Source: Eledone cirrhosa
Taxonomy: Eukaryota
DNA length: 64,000 nucleotides
Direction of reading: 5' to 3'
Assembly: GCA_964016885.1 (NCBI GenBank)
Contig: OZ024744.1
Coordinates: forward strand, 37,014,001 to 37,078,000
Below, in pieces: positions 43,783-56,539 of the stretch; the first letter of the stretch is position 1; each line of letters begins with the position of its first letter. The notes under the pieces are model-generated. The model saw nothing but the letters and a program-made list of their open reading frames with translations. It made no database searches and had not been told where the DNA came from. Made by a program: the position numbers and the translations under genes.

Positions 43783-43910
43783 ATTTTACAATCGTTTCTA
43801 GGATATATATGTGTGTGTTGGTATGTATATTATATAGATCTATGTAAACATTTTACAAACTATCAGAGGGAATATACATACCTACACATATATATGTTGT
43901 CTTCAGAAAT
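43783..43910 (-). ncRNA. Hammerhead ribozyme with ~100 nt helix II (copy near 45858-45990)
   Basis: Reverse complement: ATTT-CTGAAGA-..GGTATGTATATT/AATATACATACC..-GAAA-CGAT(T/C)G-TA-AAAT. Confidence 0.6.
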
Positions 43911-44499
43911 AATGATATTTGTTTATTGAAAAAAAAACCAACAATGATTTAATATAATAGGTCTGTTTGGGAACAGGTTTTGAATTGACCAATAGAAAAG
44001 TAGTAAGGTACACGAAAATTTGATTTTATTAAAGAATAATGCTAATGTTAAAATCGAAGGAGAATAACATTTTAGGATAAATGTGTTAGTGAAAAATACC
44101 AATCTTATTTAAAACATAAGGAATTTAGATCTATAAAAAGAAATTAAATTAATTTAATTGATAGGTATACTTATAGGGATAAATGTATATTAATTCATAT
44201 AGATGTGATAAATAAGAGTTAGATGTTATTAAGGAATGTTGTTAAAACGAAAGAAAAAATTTTTTGGGGATAAATGTATTAGTGAGAAATAACAAACTTA
44301 TATAGACTACAAGGAATTTAGATTTATAATAGGAAATTAAAATAGATTATATGTATACTTATATGTATTAATTTTAGGAAAAGATAGCTGTAAAAGGGAA
44401 ATAAAATAATGAAGTTCTCAGTAGTAAAATACTAATTATAGGTTAACTAAATTAAAAAACTAATTATAATAATTTGTAAAATATAAGTGTATGGTGTAT

Positions 44500-45450
44500 A
44501 TTAATTAGGTTTATAATATTTTAAAGTTTTTCTAATTCTATGATTGCACGATATAATTAATTCTTGTCGCTTATTTAATATGATATCCTTAGATTTCATT
44601 ATTTCATTATATCTGTTATGTTGATAAGAGAACACTCCGGGTCAGGTTATAATCGATATTCTTTTTTCTATAATTATTAATTATTTCAGCCAAGGATGTT
44701 GTATTAGCTAATGCGACATTTTTAAAACTGTGTTTGTGGGTATTAAATCTTACTTTAAATTGGTTAGAAGTAGCTCCTATATATGAATAAGTTGAGTCCT
44801 TAGTGCTAATTTTACATTTATATACTATGTTATTAATAATGCAATTTCCTTTTAATGGGCAATTTGCTTTGATTCTACAGTTACAACCATTCGTGAATAT
44901 TATATCAGGGGAGTTAGTCAAATTAGGTGTGGAATTTACCCGACTTGTTGTATGTGAAGGAGATGGTGGTTTGCTGCGGTTTATTTTAGTATTATGGTTA
45001 GTTTGATGTGTTGGTGGTATAGTCATGTTTTTTTTTTTACATTTATATGCATTGTAGGCACTTATATTTTGTTGTATATTTTTGGTAGTGGAGTAGGAGA
45101 ATTTGACCGTTGATCTATTTAAAATTTGATGATATTTATGGTTTGGTGGGAAGTTTTTCTCTAGGATAGTAAAAAATTTTTTAGGGATATTATCTTTAAT
45201 TTGTAGATTAAATGGAGCATTATACCAAGTCACTCGTCTATTACGGTTTCGATGCTGTTTTTTTTATTTGTATACGATGTATCCTGATGTTTACTAAGAG
45301 AGTTAGTATTAGTGAATTTATCAATGAATCTAACTAAACATATGTATAATAAATTCACTAATACTAACTCTCTTAGTAAACATGAGGATACATCGTATGA
45401 AAATAATAAAACAGCATCGAAACCCTAATAGACGAGTTACTTGGTATAAT
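44500..45450 (-). mobile_element. Penelope-like GIY-YIG fragment with 5' inversion, between direct pLTR pieces at 43722-43935 and 45797-46010
   Basis: WYNAPF..CNCRIKANCPLKGNC..YKC..YIGATSNQFKVRFNTH; 45220-45320 is inverted at 45350-45450. Confidence 0.88.
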
Positions 45451-45545
45451 CCATACGAACTGAGAAGGCGATCAAGAAACCATTAATCGCCTAAGCCAAA
45501 AAACAAGTCAAGCTAAACAGGTCAGACAAAATAAATGACATATTC

Positions 45546-45633
<88 letters not shown>

Positions 45634-46657
45634 CAAACCTGGACGCTATATATATATATATATATATGTAGATAAATCTACCAAAATATACGGTAGTGTC
45701 CAATCCGTATGAAGAACTCAATGTAATCCAAATATCATGAAAAAAGAGGATGTATAAAAATGTTTTCGATGAAAATCACAGGAAAACAGAGTCAAGATAA
45801 ATTAATAAAAACAATGAATAAAAATAAAGAAACAGTTCCTTATATTAAAAAATTCATCATTTTACGATCGTTTCTAGGATATATATGTGTGTGTTGGTTT
45901 GTATATCATATAGATCTCTGTAAACATAAAAAAAACTATCAGAGGGAATATACATACCTACACATATATATGCTGTCTTAAAAAATAATGATATTTGTTT
46001 ATTGAAAAAACTTTTATTGCTTGGTTCATTTTAGCCCATGGGGCTTTTTCTCTCTCTGTCTATATGTATATCGTCTTCCTGTTTTCTTTCGGTTGTAACG
46101 TTTTTCGAATTACAGATTGATTTTTTTCAGTTTCAGAAGATCCCGTTAAGAATGAAAGCAGCGATTCTTTGCTTAAACTTTAATCTGTTATTTTAATAAA
46201 TATTTGCTCTACGGTTCTTATATATTTGATATATATTTATCCTTATCGAGCCCTCTTTGGATTTTAGTCTTCACATTTATGATTATTACTACATATATAT
46301 ATACATATATATATATAAACACACATATATATATATATATATCTCCCTCTCTCTCTCTTTCTCTCTCTATCACTCCCCCTCTCTCTATGTCTCTCTCTCT
46401 CTGTATATATATATGTGCGTGTATGTGTGTGCGTGTGTATTTACACATATGTTTTGTTATATGAACTTTTTTAGATTTGATTTGTTTATCTTTTAATAAT
46501 TTATTTATATGTACGTATGAATCTATATATTTATATAGATTTATTCATATGTGTAGATATGTGTGTCTCCTTGTAGGTGTGTGTCCATTTATTATTTTTT
46601 TATAATTTGTCTATGCATATTTATTGGTGTGTATATTTGTTTCTTTATATTAATAGT

Positions 46658-46694
<37 letters not shown>

Positions 46695-47119
46695 TGTTAT
46701 ACTTTGGGAGGGTCATGTTGCAAATAAGAAACACACGCACCAGTTGCTTTTACTTTAATTTATTATAATAAATTTATAAATTTAGGAATTTATAAATTTC
46801 CGGTTGGTTGGTTGGTTCCACAACCAGATGGTTCTTTATATATTGTCAAAGTTCTTTAGTCACACATTCTGTGACCTCTTCAGCGACTGGGGATTCTTTT
46901 CTTTGTTTTTTGTGCCTCTCCTTTGTTCTGTCCTACGCCATCTTGTTTTTGTGTGTCACAAAATAAATTCTTAAATTTATAAATTTATTATAATAAATTG
47001 AAGTGAAAGCAACTGGTGCGTGTATTTCTTATTGGCAACATGACCCTCCCAAAGTATAACAATATCGGTTTCAACACACGTTTTCAGATAAAGAATCTTG
47101 CTAAACAAATTCAGAAACG

Positions 47120-47196
<77 letters not shown>

Positions 47197-48333
47197 TACA
47201 CAAAGTGTTAAAGTGATAAAATTTTAGCTTAGAACATTTATTTGCTAACAATTGTTTCTTCCAGAGGGAAGTCTGGCATCATCGGAGCATAGGGAATGTC
47301 GAAACATGTGACTAAAATCCTAGTCATTCAGAACATTTAGGGTACATAATTGTTCTTAGTATCACAGACATCATGTGGAGAGTCAGGAATTAAAAAGAAG
47401 TTATGCTTGAGAGAACACAATTACAGGCAGCACTGGTTGAAAGTGTAAGAGGTATAAGCTAAAAGTACAGGCAAAAAAGTTATAAGCAAGGAAAAGTGTG
47501 GGATAGATAGACATAAGATATAAGATATAAGATATAAGATATCTTAACATTGGAGAACAGTTAATGTTATGGATGTACGATACAGGAGTCAATACAGTCA
47601 ATAAGGCATGTAGTAGGAAAGAGTTGTGATGCAGTTGAAATAAACACATTTTGTGTGGGGTGTTAAAGCATGTTATAAGTGTTAGAAATGTTAAGATGGC
47701 GTGCAATTTGTTAGAGAGGCATATGGTGATATGTAGGTATATCTTATGTGAGGTGTAATGCAAAGCACGTGATAGAGTTGGATAGGTGATTTTCATTCCA
47801 TTGTTTTTGTGTTATAGTTCGTATGTATGTGTATATGTTGTTTGTAACTCAACTATTAACCATGGGATTATTTTGAGCCGTTTATAGTCAATAGGTGTTT
47901 GTTAGTTAAATGTAAATTCCACCGTATTACTGGCCATGTTGTTATTGTAGTTATATTATCTTAAGCATTTTTATCTACAAATTATCTTTTCTAGGGTTTG
48001 TAGTAACCGTAATTAAGTTGTTGGTAAGCCGCTAGGTTGATTAATTTTATGAATTTAGACAGGAAGTTGTAAAGGGGATAATAACAAAGGGAGGTAATTA
48101 AGGTTGCTGACAAATTGAGGGTTGTTTTATTATTGTAGTAGTGTTATAAATTAATCTTTATAGAGTATTTACAATATTATTATTGGTTATTAATTATATT
48201 ATTGTTATCTTTTAAACATGTGTGGAGGGAGTGAAAACATTTTAAAAATTATTTTATTATAACTAGATAGTCTTTACATAGTTAGTATATGTATATATAA
48301 TATAAGGTATATATATATATGTGTGTTAGAATG

Positions 48334-48418
<85 letters not shown>

Positions 48419-48554
48419 TTAGGTTTGAAGTTTCACAACTGGATAGAGCTGGTCAATTCCGTATGGTCAATCTTGATGCAATAATATGGAGAGTACTCAA
48501 AGTAAAGCAGCTCAACCCTCTTAGTTTGTGTAGTTGTTGGTGCGACTACAGAGT

Positions 48555-49645
48555 TAAATATTATAATAAAATAACAGGAGGCTGGACTTGTGTAGATCCT
48601 TCAAAGGTTTATTATACTATCATCATTTCAATGACCGGGTTCCGTATGAATCCGGTGATATAATCAGGTATTCGAAATATAATAAATGATTGTAACAGAT
48701 AAAATCCATGGTGCTGAAAATCATAGACCCGGGGACAACCAACCATCTAGCATCTTCCACTTTTGACGGTCGCCCTCAAGTGCTGGCCATTCAGCCTACT
48801 TAAGGCTATCTGGTGAGGGGACTAAAGCTTATAATGTGCTACTAAACTCCCGGTCAAAGAGAATAAAAACAGAAAGAAAGAGGAAGAAAAGTCAGCGTTA
48901 ATGTCATGCTACAAGAAAAAAAAGACAGAAAGAAAGAGGAAGAAAAGTCAGCATTAATGTCATGCTACAGGAATTGCTGCGAAAATTGTTATTCTAAAGG
49001 ACCTGTATTTTAACCGAGGTATATATTATAACAGAGGTATATATAGTGGGGCTTTACATGGTATAATGTGTGAACAGAAAATTGGAACGTAAAATTCGTG
49101 TTTAGATTTATAGGATGAAGTTAAACAAATTAAAGATGAACATTATAAAGTTTAAAAATTAGAAAATTGAAAATTAAACAGTTTAAAAGAAAATGTTAAG
49201 GTTTTGGGTTGCGAGGTTTAGTTAAAGAAAGAGTCTTTTATGAAGAAACTTTAATTGTATTATAGAGATCCTCGATAAGTTATCCGGGTGGGATGTAGAG
49301 TAGAGATTATGTCCATGTTTAGCATTCAAATAGCATGCGGCGACTGCAGACTCCGGAGGTTAGTAGCACATTATAAGCTTTAGTCCCCTCACCAGATAGC
49401 CTTAGTAGGCCGAATGGCCAGCACTTGAGGGCGACCGACTAAACTGGAAGATGCTAGATGGTCGGTCGTCCCCGGGTCTATGATTTTCAGCCCCATGGAT
49501 TTTATCTGTTACATTCATTCATTATATTTCGAATACCTGATGATATCACCGAATTTATACGGAACCCGGTCATTGAAATGATCATAGTATAATAAACCTT
49601 TCAATGATCTACACAAGTCCAGCCTCCTGTTATTTTATTATAATA
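48555..49645. repeat. Inverted repeat, ~290 bp arms (48555-48845 and 49362-49645)
   Basis: Reverse-complement match; an HHR motif lies in each arm. Confidence 0.9.
49533..49590 (+). ncRNA. Type I hammerhead ribozyme
   Basis: ATAC-CTGATGA-..ACCG..CGGT..-GAAA-TGATCA-TA-GTAT; palindromic ATGATCAT; the inverted copy has CTGATTA. Confidence 0.7.
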
Positions 49646-49654
49646 TATATATAT

Positions 49655-49930
49655 ATACAGACCAGTGTCTGTCCTTAGGGCATCAACATACGTTAACCTT
49701 GGTCTTCCTCTTCCAGTGTGACCATGTAGGAGCTCCTACAGGAGCACTGAGTGGAATGTCAACTCTGGATGTCGGTGAGCATGTCCAGCTAACCTCAGTC
49801 TCCTGTGTCACTTTTGAGCTGACTTTTGGGAGGCTCCCATACAGCTCTGAGATTTTCATCCTCAGTGTATACTGATTAATGTTCAGAGCCATCCTCAGCA
49901 TTCTCGTGTAGCACCCATCCACCATCTGTT
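49655..49930 (-). mobile_element. RTE-like LINE 3' fragment (relative at 63855-64000)
   Basis: DGCYTRMLRMALN..ELYGSLP..AGH..GR motifs. Confidence 0.7.
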
Positions 49931-50489
49931 GGAGATGCAGGACATGGAAGCGATAATGAGGGACAGAGATCGCTGTAGAGAACTCTTCAATGGATCTCGG
50001 GAATTTTACCAGCCCCAATTATATACAAATTGTGCAGAGAGAGTTGAAGTTTTTTTATGACAGGATATGGAGTTGCATAATATATACTGGAGTAATTGGT
50101 GTTATATACACAGTTGTCTGCTAATTATTTGGTGTTGTATATTGAGAGTATATTAGAGTGTCTATATTATTTAATTATTTTAATTGTATAAGGTAAGACA
50201 TCAAACAAGGGGTTTATTGACAGTATATAGGTTAGTGGGGTCTTTTAATTAAGGTGGAGTCCTATTTATGAAGATCTGATTGGATAAATTAAAGTTGGTG
50301 GTCTAGTGTTATCTCCGACATTTGTTTGTATTTTTATTATTATTATTATTAGTTACTAGATTTGAAGTAGTGGAAAGAGAATTTATGGTAATGTGGGCAC
50401 GTGAAGAAGATCTCTGATTTCCTATTAAGCAGGCTAAGATTAGAGTGAATAATATTTCTAGACTCGAGGATGCAAATGTTACAAAATTT

Positions 50490-51200
50490 TTTAGGTGGTC
50501 TATATGAAGGTGCCTTACCTATCACTTCCCATTTTAAGATGTATGGTATATTACTTGATTTTAATGAGTGTATGTATGTGGATAGTGAGATTACATGCTA
50601 AGTTTAGGGTTTTTGAACGAATGAAGGTGTGAATTATATCTGGTTATAAAGCTATTCGATGTTGAGCCTATATATACTTTCGAGATAGTACAGGAGTAGA
50701 TAATGTCTTTAATAAGGCAGTTCTTATTTAATGGGCATGTCTTATTAGGTCTACAATTACAATTGTTTTGGTAACTAGTATACTGGTTGAGGGGGTATGA
50801 ATTTGAGTGGTTGTTTCTGTTTCTACTTCTAGTATTATGATTATGGTAAGTATTATTATTATTGGTATTATTCGTATGACTTGCTGTATGGTCTTGTACT
50901 GTGTTGTTGTTCAGGTTATTTCTATGCTGGACATTATTACTTTGATGTAATCTGAAGTACTTTTTAATCTTTCTCTTGTTGGTGTTGGCTATATGGTCTG
51001 CTATGTTAGGTGTGGTGGCGTAGGAGATTTTAATGGTATTTTTGTTAAATACGTTGTGGTTATTTATGGTTAATTGGGAAGTTTTTGTCTAGAATAGGGA
51101 AGAAATCTTTAGGTATGTTTGTTGAGACATTTAAGTTGAACGGAGGATTATACATGTGATGTGTTTGTATTTATTTATATATTCATGTCTTTATGTATTT
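50490..51200 (-). mobile_element. Degenerate Penelope-like GIY-YIG fragment
   Basis: Minus strand: YNPPFNLN, CNCRPNKTCPL, YIGSTSNSFITRYNSH, LKWEVIGKA, LCNICILE. Confidence 0.8.
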
Positions 51201-51323
51201 AAGTCTATATTTCTTCCTTCTTATCTTTTGTGCAATTGTTACTTTTGGCACAATAGGATTTCGTATAGAGACCTTGTGGTAAATTGTTTCAGAAGGTTGG
51301 ATACATAGCATTTTTATTATTAC

Positions 51324-51408
<85 letters not shown>

Positions 51409-52651
51409 CCCATTAGCAACCACGCAGCACGTTTATTCATATATATATATATATATATATATATAAGAGAGTGTTGAGGTTTATATATATATATATATAT
51501 ATATGTATGTTGTATGTATATTTGTATATTTAGTGGTGTACAATGCAGAAGTCAATACAGTCAATAATGTATGAGGAAAGAGTTATAATGGAGTTGAAAT
51601 AAACATATTTTGTGTGGGGTGTTAAGGCATGTTATAATTGTTAGAAATGTGTAAGATAGCGTGCAATTTGTTAGCAACCTAACGGTTTACCAACAACTTA
51701 ATTACGGTTAATACAAACCCTAGAAAAGATAATTTGTAGATAAAAATGCATAAGATAATATAACTACAATAACAACATGGTCAGTAATTCGGTTGAATTC
51801 AAATTTAACTAACAAACACCTATTGACTATAAACAACACAAAATAATCTCATGGTTAATAGTTGAGTTACAAACAACATATACACATACATACGAACTAC
51901 AAAATAAACACACTTGAATGAAAATCACCTATCCAACTCTATCACGTGCTTTGCATTACATCTCATATAACAAGTACCTACATTATCACCACATGCGTCT
52001 CTAACAGATCGCACGCTATCTTAAACATTTCTAACAATTATAACATGCTTTAACACCCCACACAAAATATGTTTATTTCAACTGCATCATAACTCTTTCA
52101 TCATATATGCCTTATTGACTGTATTGACACCTGCATTGTACATCCATAACATTAACTCTTCTCCAATGTTAAGACACCTCATATCTTTTATCTTAAATCT
52201 TATATCTTCCACACTTTTCCTTGCTTATAACTTTTTTGCCTGTACTTTTAGCTGATACCTCTTACACTTTCAACCTGCGCTGCCTGTAATTGTGTTCTCT
52301 CAAGCAAAACATCTTTTTAACTCCTGACTCTCCACATGATGTTTATGACCCTAACAACAATTATGTACCCTAAATGTTCTGAATGACTAGGAGTTTAGTC
52401 ACATGCTTCGACATTCCCTATGCTCCGATGATGCTAGAGTTTCCTCTGAAAGAAACAATTGTCAGCAAATAAATGTTCTAAACTAAACTTTGATCGTTTT
52501 AACACTCTGTATCCAGGCTCTGTAAAACACTTGAAAATTTGCCTTGAGCCTTTTGTCATGCCGGTAACCGGCTAGTTACCATATTTATAGTTGTATTAAA
52601 CATATATAAATATAAATATTGTTATAAATATAAATATTGTTATTACTCTCC

Positions 52652-52721
<70 letters not shown>

Positions 52722-52819
52722 TAACTGGCCCGGCTACCATTGGCGTGTTCTACGGCATCCATATATATATATAGCTGACGTACCTAGCTTGGCCTGGATA
52801 AACAGACGATAACCCGTCT

Positions 52820-53090
52820 ATAGTATAGTATTACGGTTATAGTATAGTATAGTATAGTATAGTATAGTATAGTATAGTATTACTGTTGAAAATATATAGT
52901 ATAATTTTACTGTTGAAAACATATAGTACAGTATTACTGTTGAAAATATGTAGTATAGTATCACTATTGAAAATATATTATATTACTGTTGAAAATATAT
53001 AGTAAAGTGTAGTATTAATTTTGAAAATATATAGTACAGTATTACTGTTGAAAATATATAGTACAGTATTACTGTTGAAAATATATACAC
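52820..53090 (+). repeat. (TAGTA)n plus ~27 bp minisatellite (tattactgttgaaaatatatagtacag)
   Basis: About 8 diverged tandem units. Confidence 0.9.
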
Positions 53091-53381
53091 GAATATATAA
53101 TTATATATGTATATATAATTAATTAAAAGTTGATTAGAAGCGAAGTCAATGCAGACAGACAGAAATACAGACAGATATTATAAGCACGCGACGTTATAGC
53201 TATATATCTATCTAAATAAATAGAGTAAGAAAGAGAGAGGAATGTCGTATTATATATATTATATATAATAAAGTACCAGTAATGTACTGGGATAATTGCT
53301 GGCCTTGTGTCAAAAGTAGAAACAATTATACTTGTCTTTTAACAACTGTAAATAATATGTTTATGTATAAATATACGTATA

Positions 53382-53791
53382 TCTCTCTATATATAAAGCG
53401 GAAGATATCTGGCTGTGTGTGTGTGTGTGTTTGATTTCTATGCATTTCCACATTTCTCTACCGATTTCCATGATTTTTTTCCAATGTGCTCCAAATTTAC
53501 CAACGATTGTCAACGTGTAATAAACTTTGCTAAAAAGTTCCTCCTTCTAGGAAAAAAATCGATAAAACTAAATACATGCTGTAACCCTCTCTCTTACACG
53601 GTTAATCCCTCTCAATACTACCCTCAAAAATGTATGAAACTACATACATGTTGAAACTCTCTCTATATATATGTATCACACACACACACATATACATATA
53701 CATCTAAAGAGAGAAAGGGAGATATATATATAGAGAGAGAGAGAGTGAGATAGCTCGTTATACAAAGAGAGGTAGAAAATAATATGATTTT

Positions 53792-53870
<79 letters not shown>

Positions 53871-55081
53871 GCGAGGAACGCTGGTTCACACACACACACA
53901 AACACATATATATATATATAAAAAGACAGAGAGAGAGTGAGAGAGAGATCTGCGCGTTCTTTATTGTTCTCCATTCTGTAGAGGAAGAGAGAGGGGGGTA
54001 TAAGAAAAAAAGGGTGAGGGGGTTGAGAAAGAAAGAAAGTTTAAGCAAAGAATCGTTGCTTTCAAAATTAACGGGATCTTCTGAAACTAAAAAATTCAAT
54101 CTGTGAACGCAGAATTAAATATTTCGAGAAACGGTGCAACCGAAGGAAAACAGGAAGACGATATTTTTCGTGAAGACGTTTCCTGGTAATAAACGGAAAA
54201 AAAGAGAGGATAATGCGTCGTTATGTGGACCGAGTAGAACATTTTCCTGCAAAGACAAGACCAAGTTTAAGGTGTAAATGGAGTTGTTAGACTAATATTC
54301 TATTTAAAATAACAGAATGATTTCCAGCCCGGAGTTTAAGAATGATGTAAATAAAATTGTAAAGGAAAATGACAGAGGTTATTAAAATTGTTGTTTCTAC
54401 TTTTGGCACAAGGCCAGCAATTCACCAGTACATTACTGGTACTTTATTTTATCGACCCCGTAAGGATGAAAGGCAAAGTTAACCTCGACGGGATTTTAAC
54501 TTTGCCTTAAAATAGTAAAAGTAAATAGTGAAGATTTAAGCCAGTACATACGTATGCGCCCACGGACATACACATACATATACATACGCACACACAAATG
54601 CATACACACACACAAACACACACACACGCGCGCACGTGTGTGTAAACCTTATGCATTTCTACAGTATTTTCACCAAACTTAAGACATGGGTTACTTATGT
54701 ACTCCTGTGGTAATGGGCACTTTTATTTTTCCAGATATTGATTATAGGGCCCCCCGTCAGATAACCCCTTTAACCACTTTAACCACTTCCTTGGAGTTGA
54801 CTGAAGAACTGCAGTGCAATGCAACAAAACGTCATAACTTCTGGAGTTCGCTACCGATTTTCACAAAACGTGACACATGGGCTACGTTTGTCCTACAGAT
54901 GAATGTGAACTCTCAGAATTGGCACATATTGAGTACGGGACCCATGGGGACAGGAACCCCCTTTTGGAAAAAGCCGATGATTTTGTAAAAATATAGTTTT
55001 CGAAGCAGCACTGAAGTATTGACATAAATGGTATACACAACTGCTATTTAATACCCGAGCAACGCCGGGTACCTCTGCTAG
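53382..55081 (+). mobile_element. Helitron-like termini enclosing nested insertions
   Basis: 5' A|TCTCTCTATATATAAAG; 3' acccgagcaacgccgggt-acctctgCTAG|T; the pairing of the two ends is inferred. Confidence 0.55.
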
Positions 55082-55146
55082 TATACGTATAAATGAATGC
55101 TGTAATAAAATGTACAAATTAAACTGTCTCTTATTTATGATACTAA

Positions 55147-55211
<65 letters not shown>

Positions 55212-55279
55212 CAATATATATATATAAACCTTATGCATTTCTACAGTATTTCCTGGACTTTTCCGACGGAATTACTTCA

Positions 55280-55316
<37 letters not shown>

Positions 55317-55990
55317 TATATATACATATACACACACTATATATACATATATACACACACACAGAGATAGCGAAGTCAATGTACAGAATGGCTTTCATAA
55401 TGCAGACAGCAGACATAAAGAGACATATTAAAAGGACCCGACGTTATAGCTATGTATCTATCTAAAAAGACAGACTAAGAAAGAGAGAGGAATGTCGTAT
55501 AACCGGAAGTGTTGACATTTGAAAATGTTAAAGAAGTGAATATTTAAGTAAACAATAAAATATCTTTAATCTTTTATCGTAATTTAGTAAACAAAAATAA
55601 TCTCAATTTCTTACTTGGAAAAAGTTGCATATATGGTGCAAATTTGGTGCTGTTTATTCTAGCCGTTTGGCGAAAATTTTGTTACATACATACGGCCGTT
55701 GCCTTTATTAATATAGATATCTATATATCAAATGAAAAACCGGAGTGAAAAACTCGCGGTTAATACCATATATTTAGTGAGCGCAAAGTATAAGAACTGG
55801 GCTTTTTATAATATAATATATAGAAATAAACACACAAAGTGTTTTGAATTACATGGGTTGAATGAGGTGCAATGCATATAATCTACGAACAAACGGAAAA
55901 TACATAATAACCGGAAAAAGTGAATTAAAATGTACAAATCATTTCAATAACTATTAAACTCTTGGACAAACAGAGTGTGTTTTGACAAAC

Positions 55991-56040
55991 ATTAGTGGCT
56001 GTGTCACATAATCCTGGGATTATGTGACACAGCCACTAAT
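55991..56040. repeat. Perfect 24-bp-arm hairpin
   Basis: ATTAGTGGCTGTGTCACATAATCC-tg-GGATTATGTGACACAGCCACTAAT. Confidence 0.9.
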
Positions 56041-56319
56041 CCAACAGGAGTAAGTATCATATGAACAGCACACCTAGAAATAATTTAGGTAACTAAATAT
56101 CGCACATGATGTATATAGTAAGAGAACAAGTAAAAGCTCGTGCGACAGACAGCACATAGTGGCATTAGTGGATCGTAAAACGGCTAGAAATGGCAGCCTA
56201 AAGCCACTCAACTTCAAAGGTTATAGTGGTCTTCACCCCAAGTAATTCAAAACACTTTGAAGGCTTTCTATATGTTTATTTATAAACATACAGGATATCG
56301 CCAGATATACATCTTCAGG

Positions 56320-56363
<44 letters not shown>

Positions 56364-56539
56364 CTACATGCTATGATATTTGTATATTCCGCGCGTTTTA
56401 TTTCGCTGCCAGAACCTTTGTTCTCTGTGAAAGATAAACCTTAATTTTTATGTCGACATGCCCGAAATATCCAAACATACCAACTGCCGTAGGCTTACAA
56501 AGCCTACATAAAAAAATACAGTGTATATAGAAAACATCT

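Larger units (their letters stand above)
47210..52510. repeat. Inverted pair of ~830 bp pLTR-like repeats (47210-48040 versus 51675-52510), each carrying an HHR-like motif
   Basis: Reverse-complement match; motif TGCT-CCGATGA..GAAA-CAATTG-TC-AGCA at 52421-52467 (+) and 47243-47289 (-). Confidence 0.85.

Noticed and set aside
52870-53090. Regularly spaced ~27 bp repeats resembling a CRISPR array
   Set aside because: No unique spacers, no cas genes and eukaryotic context; this is a minisatellite
56255-56325. Minus-strand CTGAAGA..GAAA motif
   Set aside because: No convincing helix I or helix III
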